In this document: piece after piece, positions 12,845 to 24,229 of the stretch | Layout: every line of letters begins with the position of its first letter | Numbering within the stretch: the stretch's first letter is position 1 | Source of the DNA: Octopus sinensis | Taxonomy: Eukaryota | Reading direction: 5' to 3' | DNA length: 64,000 nucleotides | Assembly: GCF_006345805.1 (NCBI RefSeq) | Contig: NC_043005.1 | Span: 27,714,001-27,778,000 of the forward strand | Notes under the pieces: generated by a model | The model's input: the letters and a program-made list of their open reading frames with translations, nothing else | Database searches by the model: none | What the model was told of the DNA's origin: nothing | Program-made: the position numbers and the translations under genes

Positions 12845-13014
12845 GTTTAAGTAGTTGAATGAATTATCTTAGTATGGATAATTCGGTTAACCGATACCCG
12901 GGTAGCAAATTTAAGTCAGAAAGCACGGTTGAAGCTACATGCCAAGGGCAGAAATTACGCGCTTTTAGATGACTGCCCACACGGAGTTTTTGTTCGTCAT
13001 GATGCTGACATAAG

Positions 13015-13113
13015 TTCCTTGTCTTTCCTGATGAGAAGGCGGCATAATGCACCCTTTATTCCTTCGGAATTAAGAATATGCAGTCTTCGAAACATGTGTC
13101 GAGAATAAGGGAA
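13015..13113 (+). ncRNA. Type I hammerhead ribozyme, intact core, long stem II
   Basis: CTGATGA 13028-13034; stem II GAAGGC / GTCTTC; GAAA 13089-13092; stem III ACA-TG-TGT; GUC triplet ending at 13100; stem I TTTC/GAGA, a 3x3 internal loop, then TTCCTT/AGGGAA. Confidence 0.72.
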
Positions 13114-14082
13114 TTTTGTTAAATCATCGTTTGACTCCATTCTTTCATTTATCTATATATATATATAAATATATATATATATAAATATATATATATATAC
13201 ATATACATATATATGTATTATTTAAAACGGCTTGATTTGGTTTCTATGTGACTTCATGTTTTGCAGGCCCCTAATGGAGCCCGTCTCATTCAGGCTTCTG
13301 GAATAACCAAATCAAACTGTTTTCATGTAACTCCAACTAAATGTGTTGTGTGCCCTTTCCTTCCGTTTGTCCCCTCACTTGTACATATATATATATATCA
13401 TCATCATCATCATCTTTTAAAAGAGATATTAAAGGATGATGATGATGAATGTTGGTCTCTAACCGTGAAGGGAACCTGTGGCAGAGGTAGACCCAGGAAG
13501 ATATAGAAAGAGGTGGTGAAGCATGATCTTTGAATGTGTGGTTTCATGGAGGCAATGACAAGTGATCGTGACCTTTGGCAATTTGCTTGCCAAGTGAAAT
13601 TGTAGTTGTGGCTGGTGCCAGTGACACATACAAGAACACGTGCCAGTGACACATAAAAGCACCCATGTGACATGCAAGAGGCACTCACTACATTCTTGGA
13701 GTGGTTGGCATTAAAAAGGGCATCAAGCTGCAGAAACCAATTCAAATTCAGACTGGAACCTGGTACAGCTTTCCATCTCAACAGTTCCAGTCAAGCCATC
13801 TAACCCATGCCAGTATGGAAAATGGATGTTAAATGATGATGATGATGATGATAGACACACATATACAGACACACAGCTGAGTGGTTAAAAAGTGCACTTC
13901 TCTCAGTTGAATGAAAGGGTGGACCAGAGGCAGTCACAGGTGAATGAATATCAAATAAGTTACTCAGTAGAATAGATTTGCCAGTGGACCAAATCATACT
14001 GATCACCCCAGTGTTTTCCTGTAACCTGTGGAATTAACTGAGGGAGGGGACCAAGAAAGAAAAAAAGCAAGAGAAATCCTAC

Positions 14083-14219
14083 CATCTTTTAATGGACGCA
14101 GTTCTTTCTTGCCAGAGTTGAGATTTTTTGGAACTGTTTCTGATGTTGTTGAGAGTGAGTTTAATGAAATAGTGTCATTAGAGTTGATTTTGTTACGTGA
14201 AGAGGAGAAATGAGAAAAA
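14083..14219 (-). CDS. AGBL5: AGBL5 coding exon 10 (C-terminal tail): FSHFSSSRNKINSNDTISLNSLSTTSETVPKNLNSGKKELRPLKD
   Basis: Acceptor tctctcttttcag and donor G|GTAGGA; 137 nt, phase 2 to 1, exactly the phase change needed between exon 9 and exon 11. No homology support. Confidence 0.75.
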
Positions 14220-14837
14220 CTGAAAAGAGAGAAATCGTGAAAGTCTAAAAATGTAGCAAAGAAGACAAGCAAAAAGAAAAACAGATAAATATGAATATAT
14301 CACACAAAAACAAAAACAAAAAAAACAGATGTTGAAAGAAAGAACTGCTGCCATCAGACATAAGGAGATCTATAATATTCTAAAGATGAGAATTTATAGA
14401 TAAGATAAGTTTTATAAGTTAGAGAATGGAGAAGAGTCTGCCTCTCAGACTATGGTACTGATGTAGGTGGGGTTTAGTTTGAATCTCTGTGGTTCTGTGT
14501 CTGCAGGGAAAGAATTACAAGGATGGAATTCCAGGGAGTTTCTGTTCTAGGAAGGAAGGATTGTAAGAAATATTTAGTGTGGGATCTGGGAGGTGAGATA
14601 CAGTAAGGGGATAGATAGAGATGTTGCTATGTGGAGAAGGGTATGTGGCTAGCTAAATGAAGAGAATAGAGATTAATGTCTCTGTTGTTAAAACAGTGTT
14701 TTAAAAGTTTAAAAAAAAAAGTAAACTCAGAAAATAAAGGGGGGAAAAGGGAAAGAAAATTCACAGCGGCAATGCTCTTCTCAATACGTGTGATGTTCAA
14801 GTTAAAACTATTATCATCATCATTATTATTATTATTA

Positions 14838-14889
<52 letters not shown>

Positions 14890-15560
14890 ATTAAGTTGGT
14901 AAGCTGGCAGAGTCATTAGCGTGCTGAACAAAATGCTTAGTGGTATTTCATCTGTTGCAACATTCTGAGTTCAAATACTGCTAAGGTCAACTTTGTCTTT
15001 CGTCCTTTTGGGGGTCGATGAAATAAGTACCAGTTGAACACTGGGGTTGATCAAATCGACTAGTTCCCTCCCCAAAAATTTCAGGCCTTGTGCCTATTAG
15101 TAGAAAGGATTGTTATTATCATTGAGGTGATAAGCTGGCAAAATCGTGAGGATTCCAGGCAAAATTCTTAGCGGCATTTCATCCATCTTTACTCAGAAGG
15201 GTTCAAATTCCACTGAGGTCAACTTTGCCTTTCATCCTTTTGGGGTTGATAGAATAAGAGCCTGTTAAGCACTGGAGTTGATGTAATTGACTAATCCCTC
15301 TCCCAAAATTTCACGTCTTGTGCCTATAGGAGAAAGGAATCTACTATACGCACAAGGCCTGAAATTTGGTGGAGTGGGGGGGGGAGCAGTCGATTAGATC
15401 GACTCCAATACACAATTGGTACTTGTTTCATTGACCCCTAAAGCATGGAAGATAAAGTCGACCTTGGCAGAATTTGAACTCAGAATGTTGCAACAGATGA
15501 AATACCACTACACATTTTGCTCAGCATGCTAATGACTCTGCCAGCTTACCAACTTAATAA
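14890..15560. mobile_element. Cluster of three family A SINEs (+,+,-) after an (ATT)n tract
   Basis: Repeated AGCTGGCAGA...GAGTTCAAAT...CTTTCATCCTTT.GGGGTCGAT...AAGTACCAG. Confidence 0.8.
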
Positions 15561-16123
15561 TAATAATCATCATCATCTGTGTCGTCGTTTAACGTTCACT
15601 TTCCATGCTGGCATGGGTTGGACAGTTTGACTGAGGACTGGCAAGCCAGAAGGTTGCGCCAGGCTCCAATCCAATCTGGCAATGTTTCTACAGCTGGATG
15701 CCCTTCCTAATGCCAACCACTCTGATAGTGTAGTGGGTGCTTTTTACGTGCCACCATCACAAGGTCCAGTCAGGTGGTACTGATAATGGCCACACTTGAA
15801 TGGTGCTTTCTACGTGCCACCTGCATGGAAGCCAGTCAGCCGGCACTAGCATCAACCACACTTGAACGGTGCTTTTTATGCGCCACCGGCATGGGTGCAA
15901 ATCAAGCAGTACTGTCATTGGTCACGACAATGACTTCACTTGCCTTAACAGGTCTTTGCAAGCACAGTTTATTGTCCAATGATTGAAAGGTGCTCTTAAA
16001 TGGGCTGGTTATGCTGCACTGGCATAGGCCACAGTTATGGTCTCTTTTGGCTTGCTGGGTCTTCTGTAGCACAGCATATCTCCAAAGGTTTTGGTCGCTT
16101 GTCATCACATTGGTAAGGCCCTC

Positions 16124-16160
<37 letters not shown>

Positions 16161-16888
16161 GTCTTAACTGGTATGTCACACGTATTGAGAAGAGTATTGT
16201 TGTTGTGAAATTTCTTCCCCCTGCCCTTATTTTCTTAGTTTACTTCATTATTTTTTTATTTTCTCTCTGTCTTTCTTCCCCTTTTTCTCTATCACATGAC
16301 TTTGTAAAAGGACAATCTGGTGTGTTTATTTCAATGGCCTGCCTATGTATACAAAGCGTTTCTCTGCTCTAGGTGTCAGGAAGACACTCAGCAAGAGATG
16401 GAAACAGAATTGAAAGATGATGATGATGATAATTATAATAATAATGATAATGATGATGATGATGATGAAATTATAACAATTCTTAACATTGATACCCTGT
16501 CAAAAATGTAAGGGAAGAGTTTTTAATTAATACCAGTAATTGATTTCATTTTAATTTGATTGACCTTTGCAAAGATGTGAAGGAAAAGTTGATCTTCATA
16601 GGATTTGAACTTAAAATGAAAGGAATCTAATTGAAGAGTCCCAACCACCACCACCAGCACCAAGGTATTTTGTCTGCTGCTCTACCGATTTTTCCACTCA
16701 AGATAGCCACAGTACTTATAGTAATACCTTCTTACATCAGCACATGGTCCTAAATTTAGAGAAAGGAAGCATTCGATTAAACAGCCCCTAGTAGTTGAGT
16801 GTGGCTTTCTTCTTTGGCCCTAGAATGACAAAATGTGAAGCAGATTTTGGCACAATTTGAACTCAGGGCACAAAGACAGTTCACAAGG

Positions 16889-17087
16889 TACCATATTTGA
16901 TGGCATATAAAATGCAAAATTTTTCCCAAAAAATATCTAAAAAAAAAAAATCACCTGGGTACCATATCTAAAGTTGGACCTCCTGTAAGAACATGTGCAC
17001 TAAAATCATTTTTTTCTTGAATATGCACTGTTGAAATTGAAGTGCATCTTGCAAGGCTGTCTATTTTTTATGCCATCAGATATGGTA
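16889..17087. mobile_element. MITE with 24-bp TIRs beginning TACCATAT
   Basis: TACCATATTTGATGGCATATAAAA versus the reverse complement of TTTTTTATGCCATCAGATATGGTA, 22/24. Confidence 0.7.
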
Positions 17088-17144
17088 GTTTGTCTGACAC
17101 TTGACCAATTTTACCACTCCACGGACCAAATGCTAATAATGATA

Positions 17145-18394
17145 TGAGAGTGGAGTGAAAAGTTCATAAGATGACTGTAAAGGAGTGACACTAGAGCTTC
17201 AAAATCTTGTGTGTATTAATTTCAACTCGTCTTGTTTTTTGCATTGTTTCTTTCTGGGTGAACTAACATCTGACTGTTCAAAATGATTTCAAAAGTAACA
17301 AGTAACTCTTGAAAATGGACAAAATATGGCATCATAGTGTTATCAAGTACCTGCAATAAAACGGGTTTTTAGCCCTCAAGAGCATTCATGCTGACACAAT
17401 TCCTACATTAAGAGATAACACTCCAGCTTTCTCAACAGTGTAAAAGTGGGCAAATGAGTTTAGGAGAGGAAGGAAGAGTCCTGAAGATGATGCAAAGACT
17501 GGACGTCCTGCAACTGCCACCACCAAGGAAAACATTGATTGTGTTCCCCACGTGGTGATGGATGACAGGCAATTGACTGTAAATCAAACAGCCAATGCTA
17601 TTAGCATATCCTGTGTCAGAGTTAAGAATATTCTGTACTATGAACTTGGCACAGCAAAGGTTTCTGCCTGGTGGGTGCCATGTCTTCTGACACCTGATCA
17701 AAAGTGCACCAGGCTGATTACAACATAGGAAACTCTGACATTGTCTGAGGCAGGTCCTGCTGGTTTCCCTGAATGTTTCCTAATCTAGGATGAGTGTTGG
17801 TGTCATCACTTTCAGTCAAAGGTAAAGAGACAATCCACACAATGGAAACACTTCTCCTCACCTGCTCCAAAGGGAGGGTAATAGCCTCAGTTTTGGCGGA
17901 TGCAAAAGGCATCATGTTTATTTACTATTCTCAAAATGGCCACACCATCAATGGAGAGTACTATGTCAACTTACTGAGACAGTTATGAAAGGCTATCAAG
18001 ACCAAACACCCATGAAAGTTGACAAAAGAGGTCTTGTTTCATCAGGGCAATCCTCCAGGTTTCATTGACTGCTGTGCATGACTGTGGCTTTGAACTTGTT
18101 GATCGCCCTCTGTATCATCCTGATTTGGCCCTATCTGACAATCATCTGTTCTCCAACATACAAAAAACACTTGGCTGAGCAGCAGTATTGCAGTGATGAT
18201 GACATAATATCTGCTGTTGATGACTTTTATGACCAGAAGGATGAAAGTGTTTGCACCAATGGGAACCTAACACTGCAATACTGATGGAAGAAGTGTGTGA
18301 ACCGCAAGTGAGACTATGTTGAAAAATAAACTTCACTTGGTCACATTCCATAAGAGTATCTTGGTCAGCCTATGAACTTTGCAGTCAACCCTCG
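17145..18394 (+). mobile_element. Full-length (1250 bp) decayed mariner transposon
   Basis: TA at 17143-17144 and 18395-18396; TIRs match 26/34 including TA; transposase remnants MDKIWHHSVIKYL, GRPATAT, SAWWVPCLLTPDQK, DECWCHHF, DLALSDNHLF with stops and frameshifts. Confidence 0.92.
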
Positions 18395-18447
18395 TAAAGT
18401 GCAATCTATAAATGATATTGTTTTCTATGGCCATTTTGAATACCTAC

Positions 18448-18626
18448 CTGTGTGTACGAAGAGGTGGCTTGTAGTTCTTTGGTCTTAGAAACCCCTTTGG
18501 AATCAAACAGTATTTTCTTAGCCATTCTCGAGTACCATATAAGCTTTTGTATTCAGAGAGGGTGACTCTTGACCATGGATTGGTTTCATACATATCAAGG
18601 GCTGCAACAGCTATAGCCTGGCCAAC
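18448..18626 (-). CDS. AGBL5: AGBL5 coding exon 9: VGQAIAVAALDMYETNPWSRVTLSEYKSLYGTREWLRKYCLIPKGFLRPKNYKPPLRTH(S)
   Basis: Read by hand. Acceptor gtttacaag (AAG) and donor AG|GTAGGT; 179 nt, phase 0 to 2; matches the CCP5 segment VGxAxAxAALDMxExNPW. Confidence 0.93.
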
Positions 18627-19189
18627 CTTGTAAACACAAGTAAAAAGTGTTTAACATTATCATGTGTTTGTGTTTGTGTTTGTTTGTTTATTTGTTTGTT
18701 TGTGTGTGTGCGTGCATGCATGCGAGTGTGTGTTTTATATGGTACAAACTTTACTCATCCAAATTATAAATTATTTTGATAATATCAAGGCTTGTATAAA
18801 GCCACACATTTCATGCAGAATATGTTTCTCCTGATATACATCCTCAGCCAGGCACACATCCATATTCTCTATCACCTGGGGATTTGTGGATGACGAATGG
18901 TCATGATGTTTCATACAGGAGAGAAAAGGGTCAGGATGAATCAGTGCATCATAATAATAGTTACACACTCACTTTCACTGACACTGAAAAGAAATGGTAT
19001 TAAGAGTGATCACTGAATAAAGAAAACTTACTGGGGAGAGAGGAGGAGGGGTACTACACAAAGTAAACCCAACAAAGAGACCAGTTATTGTCAAAATGGC
19101 CATTAAAATTATGAAGAGAGAGAAAGCAAATGAACTATCTTAGGAATAATTATTGAGATGCTGGAAATATTGGTGAAGTAAGAGATTTG

Positions 19190-19429
19190 TTTATATCTAT
19201 CTATCTGCCTGTCTATCTGCCTATCCATATCTATTTATCTGTCTCTCTATATCTATCTATCTATCTTTGTGTCTGTCTGTCTGTCTGTCTATCCATAACT
19301 CTCTATCTGTCTGTCTATCTATCTGTTTATCTGTCTGTCTGTCTATCTATCTATTTATCTATCTATCTATCTAGCTAGCTAGCTATCTGTCTGTGTGTCT
19401 GTCTATCTATCTATCTATCTGTCCATCTA

Positions 19430-19484
<55 letters not shown>

Positions 19485-19529
19485 ATCTATCTGTCTGCCA
19501 ATCAATCAATCAATGTATGTATGTATGTG

Positions 19530-19565
<36 letters not shown>

Positions 19566-19580
19566 TGTATGTATGTATAA
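19190..19580. repeat. Compound microsatellite (ATCT/GTCT)n-(CT)n-(ATGT)n next to the exon 8 donor
   Basis: Direct reading. Confidence 0.9.
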
Positions 19581-19635
19581 TCATACCAGTAGATAGATAT
19601 ATATAGAACCAAAGAATGAATGAAGTAAAACTTAC

Positions 19636-19771
19636 ATCTTCATAGATGCTGGGAGTATATTTTGGAGGAATACCAACAATAGAAGTTGGAGAAGCTCTAC
19701 CTTTGTCTCCGTAAGCAGGGGGAATGGCATTCATAACTTTACCAGTGTTGTAATTACACTCTAGGGTATAG
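19636..19771 (-). CDS. AGBL5: AGBL5 coding exon 8: YTLECNYNTGKVMNAIPPAYGDKGRASPTSIVGIPPKYTPSIYED, containing the catalytic Glu
   Basis: Acceptor poly-T...ttcag and donor GAT|GTAAGT; 136 nt, phase 2 to 0. Confidence 0.96.
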
Positions 19772-20304
19772 CTGAAATTAAAAAAAAAAAAGAACTCTGT
19801 ACTAAAATCAAAACAATAAACAAAAGAAAATACACACTGGAAGAACAACAGAATGGCAGAACTTTGCACCTGGAATAGGACTTGAAAATTCATGGATCTG
19901 AAAGGAGTGGAGATGGGAATCCTAAAAGACTCGCTCGAGCCAGGGAGCATCCTTAACACCCGAACAGAGATCTTCAGGCCATGTTTGCACTTTAGGAAAT
20001 TCCTGCTAGTGTTTTGGAATCTGCAAGATGGCAGCACAGCCAGAAGACAATAGCCAATGGCAAAGGAAGATAATTCCCTATTGCATGCCTTCGTAGCTTT
20101 TTGGAGACCGCAAGATGGCGGCATAGCTGGAAGTCAATAGTTGATAGCCAATAGTAAAGGGAGATGATCCCCTTAACGAGACCTTTCCCCTCTCCATATT
20201 TTGAAGAGGTCTTGGGCCAACAGGTTTTGGGGTCTGACGATAAGCCATAAAAATAAACCCTTTATGCATGGGAAGCCCATAAACCAGCCTTCGCCAGTAA
20301 TATA

Positions 20305-20727
20305 TATATCATCATCATCATCGTCATCATCGTTTAACGTCCGTTCTCCATGCTAGCATGGGTTGGATGGTTCGACCGGGGGTCTGGGAAGCCAGAAGGC
20401 TGCACCAGGCTCCGGTCTTATCTGGCAAAGTTTCTACAGCTGGATGCCCTTCCTAACGCCAACCCCAATCCGTGAGTGTAGTGGGTGCTTTTTACGTGCC
20501 ACCTGCACTGGTGCCAGGCGAGGCTGGCATCGGCCACGGTCGGCTTGGTGCATTTTATGGAAGCCAGTCAAGGCGGCACTGGCTTCGGCTACGATTCGAA
20601 TGGTGCTTTTTACGTGCCACCGACACGGAAGCCAGTCGAGGCGGCGCTGGCATCGCCCACAATTCGGATGGTGCATTTTATGGAAGCCAGTCGAGGCGGC
20701 ACTGGCTTCGGCTACGATTCGGATGGT
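20305..20727. mobile_element. RTE-3'UTR-like SINE (family C) with internal hairpin-module repeats; many other copies (e.g. ~1990, 3480, 5130, 15580, 23400, 38820, 41625, 56550)
   Basis: (CAT)n-CGTTTAACGTCCG...GGATGCCCTTCCTAACGCCAACC followed by GCCAGT...ACTGGC modules. Confidence 0.75.
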
Positions 20728-20799
20728 GTATATATATATATATACAGTTATCTGTTAGTGTCTATAGCTATTTGACTCCTTCTGTAGCTATCTGTATGC

Positions 20800-21310
20800 A
20801 CCTGTAATTAGTTGGGTTGTGATGTAATTGCACCTGTGTATGCCATGTGATAGTATAGGGGTGCATCATGTCATAAAGTATGGTAGTTAGATGTGTCATT
20901 TCACATGTGGTGGTACCTGGTTTGTAATGCTGTGTGTAATAATAAAAGCTAGGTGTATATGTATCACATGTGATGGTAGTCAAAGAGGTCATGTCACATG
21001 TAGTGGTAGCAAAGAGTGTCATGTCACATGGGAAATAGTTGGAGGACTTATATCACATGGAGGTACTTGAATGCATGATGACACATGTGGTAGTAGTTGG
21101 GTGGATCATATTGCATGTGCCAAGTGTGTTGTCATGCCACATGTGATAGTATTTGATGTGTAATGTCACATGTTGGTGGTTGGGTGGGTTATATGTATAA
21201 TGGGAGCTAGTAGTGTCATACCACATACGGTGGTAGCTGGGTGGATCATATCATATGTGATCATATCTGAGTGTGCCATTCCACATGTTGTGATAGGTAG
21301 GTATGACATG
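20800..21310. repeat. Degenerate minisatellite rich in TGTCACATGTG...GGTAG
   Basis: Recurrent CACATG/CATATG words followed by TGGTAG. Confidence 0.6.
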
Positions 21311-21376
21311 TCAAATACAGAAGGTAAAAAGGTGACACTGATAAGTTCAGTAAAGATGAAGAAAAGTTTCTTGTAC

Positions 21377-21546
21377 CTGTGAATGATACCTGTACACTTA
21401 TGAATAGCTACACGTCCACTTCCTTCTTTTGAGAGTCCATCACGTTTGTCTCTGATGTACATGTTGCGTTGGGAAAAATTGCAGGCATCAAATTCAAAAT
21501 GTGCTGAATTCAGAGACACTAACTTTGGATAGAGCATATTTTGTAT
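21377..21546 (-). CDS. AGBL5: AGBL5 coding exon 7: [56 protein letters not shown](S)
   Basis: Acceptor attttag and donor AG|GTACAA; 170 nt, phase 0 to 2; near-identical to the CCP5 segment NMLYPKLxSLN...KEGSGRVAI. Confidence 0.96.
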
Positions 21547-21705
21547 CTAAAATATATAAGTGTATATGTGTGTGTAGATATATATATATATATATATATA
21601 CATATAGTTGGAATTTACAAAAAAAAAACAAAAAACAAAAGATGAAGACGGATGTGTAAACAACAAACAGATGTATTAGTTTAATGCTCAGGAAGTGAAA
21701 AAAAT

Positions 21706-21742
21706 CTTTTATGTTTTAAGCTTATGCTCTTCATCAGAAAGG
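21706..21742 (-). ncRNA. Decayed hammerhead motif in a Penelope-type tail
   Basis: Minus strand CCTTT-CTGATGA-A-GAGC-ataa-GCTT-AAAAC-ATA-AAAG; G12 and G16.2 are mutated to A. Confidence 0.6.
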
Positions 21743-21819
21743 AACACAGAAATAAACAGGGAGAGAAAATTGAAAAAGGTTTAGTACACATATATACTTA
21801 GAAAAAGAGAGATAAATAG

Positions 21820-21898
<79 letters not shown>

Positions 21899-22239
21899 AT
21901 GTACAGGCAGTGGTGAGGAGAGGAAATACATGTAGTCTGTTGGTGATGATGATGATGATGTGGAAGAGAAGAGGGAGGAGGTAGCTGATGATGTTGGCAG
22001 TCACAATGATGAGGAAGTAGAGGATAGAAATAATAATGATAAATGTGAATCATTATCATTAAGTGTTTGTCTTCCGTGTTGGCATGGTTGGATGTTTTGA
22101 GAACATCCAGCAGGTCAGAGAACTGTATTAAGCAACAATATCTACTTTGGCATGGTTTCTACAGCTGGATGCTCTTCCTGACACCAACCAATTTACAGAG
22201 GGTATTGAGTGCTTTTTAAATAGTGAGGATGATGATCAA

Positions 22240-22408
22240 GATAATGAAGTGTGTGTGTGTGTGTGTGTGTGTAGTTTATGTGTGTGTGTGTGTGTCTAAG
22301 TGTAAGAGGTGTGCAGTGTGTGGGGTAGATGAGTGCAAAAGAGAGATTGTGTGTGTGTGAGTGTGTGCGTATGTGTGTGTATGTGTGAGAGTGTGTGTGT
22401 GCGTGCGT

Positions 22409-22452
<44 letters not shown>

Positions 22453-22730
22453 GTGTATATAAGAGATATAGTGGGCACATTTGCATGTGCAGGTGTATAT
22501 AGTGTATGAATGTGTATGAGAGAGATATGGAGTGTGTATATGTATGAAAGATGCATTGTATGTGTGTCAGTGTGTTTATATGTGTGTAGGAGACAGTGTG
22601 CATGTTTGTAGATGTTTTGAATGTTCAATATGTGTGTGTGCCTACAGTGTTTGTTTTGTGTGGGTTTGTGCATATGTAGATGTGTGTGTGTGTGTGTGTG
22701 TCTGTGTGTCTGTGTGTGTGTGTGTGTACT
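22240..22730. repeat. (GT)n-rich compound microsatellite region
   Basis: Direct reading. Confidence 0.9.
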
Positions 22731-22732
22731 GA

Positions 22733-23109
22733 TTACCTCCACCTTAGCAAAGGTGGAGGTGTTATTTCCAGTCATATTTGTTTATTTGTTTGCTAGTCCA
22801 TGGACAAGATATCTCAAGAACCACTTGATGGATTCAGATGAAACTCTCAGGGATGTTTGGCCACGTGACTGGCACGAACTGATTAGATTCTGGGATCAAT
22901 CCAGTACTGGACAAGGATTCTGGATTATTTTTCTTGTTTTTCTTTCACTTAATTTTTGAGAGCTGTCAGGTTCATTTTTAGTATTCTCATTTGTGAGAGC
23001 AGTTGAGTTTATTTCAGATATTCTCATTTTAAAGATCATCTCCAACTAATCGTTGAGAGGACGTTGGTGTTGCTTTGGTGGAAGTTTGCGCTCTCTGAGT
23101 GCTCTTGTT
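22733..23109 (+). mobile_element. Non-autonomous element with a 5' hairpin and subterminal inverted repeat (Helentron/HINE-like architecture)
   Basis: Starts TTACCTCCACCTT-agc-AAAGGTGGAGGT and ends TTTGGTGGAAGTTTGCGCTCTCTGAGTGCTCTTGTT; second copy at ~49225-49592. Confidence 0.6.
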
Positions 23110-23655
23110 TGCTATTTTTTCCAGTTGCATGCATAGAATGCTGTGACAGAGAGGTGTGTGTATATACTGTATATGAACATATACATGTCTGTGTGTGTTG
23201 TTACATCGTGTGTGTATGAATGTTGAATGTGTACAGTAATCCCTCACCATATCATGGTTTATTATTTAAGCTTACATCGATTCCTCCATGGTGTTGTTTT
23301 GCATTTATAATAAAATGAACATATGCAAATTATAAAAATAAAAAAAATATACAGTACAGTACTGTTTCTACTTCATACCAGTGCTACCTGACTGGCCCTT
23401 ATGTCGGTGGCATGTAAAAAGCACCAATCAAGTGTGGTCAATGCCAGTGCTACCTGACTGGCCCTCATGCAGGCACTGCATAAAAAGCACCCACTACACT
23501 CTCGGAGTGGTTGGCATTAGGAAGGGCATCCAGCAGTAGAAACATTGCCAGATCAAACTGGAGTCTGTCCAACCCATACCAGCATGGAAAATGGACATTA
23601 AATGATGATGATGATGAGGAGGAGTTTAGGTACAAGTGTTGCTGTTTTGAACATT

Positions 23656-23704
<49 letters not shown>

Positions 23705-24229
23705 TGTGTGTGTATGTGCATTTGTACTTATTTGTCATGTTTTCTTTTTTAAGTATGTGTGTTCTCTGCTCTGACAGGGGAGCAATGTGTGTTTAGTTTA
23801 TGTGTATGTATGTGTGTGTTGTATTACATAGTTATGTGCATACGTGCACGTGAATGAGTATCCTATGTGTATGTGACGTAATTAGGGAAAAGTGTAAAAG
23901 AAGGATGGGTTGGGAATTGATGCTTACAGAGAGGTGAAAATTTGGAAGGAAAAAGAATTCTTGTTCCTTACAGATTTACGAATCTGGTGATCTAAGTAAG
24001 ATAAAATGCTAAGAAATGTTGGAGAGAGACATCTGCTTTGTAGTTCCCTCAGACTATACATTTAACACAATTGACATTGAAAGCCAATATCTTCACAACA
24101 CAATCTGTGACAACTACCTTAACAACAATGATGATAGTAAATATATAAACTTTACAAAATTACTTCCAATCAAAGACGTTTACAGAATATTCTCAGCCAT
24201 TCCTAGTCAGAAAAACATTGAAGACTTAA

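Noticed and set aside
13205-13325. 19-bp inverted repeat AAAACGGCTTGATTTGGTT / AACCAAATCAAACTGTTTT
   Set aside because: A real hairpin (17/19) but with no ribozyme core or TSD to interpret it; probably a repeat remnant.
16372-16511. + strand acceptor-like site followed by an acidic ORF (CQEDTQQEMETELKDDDD)
   Set aside because: Mostly (GAT/AAT)n microsatellite, with no partner exons for an antisense gene.
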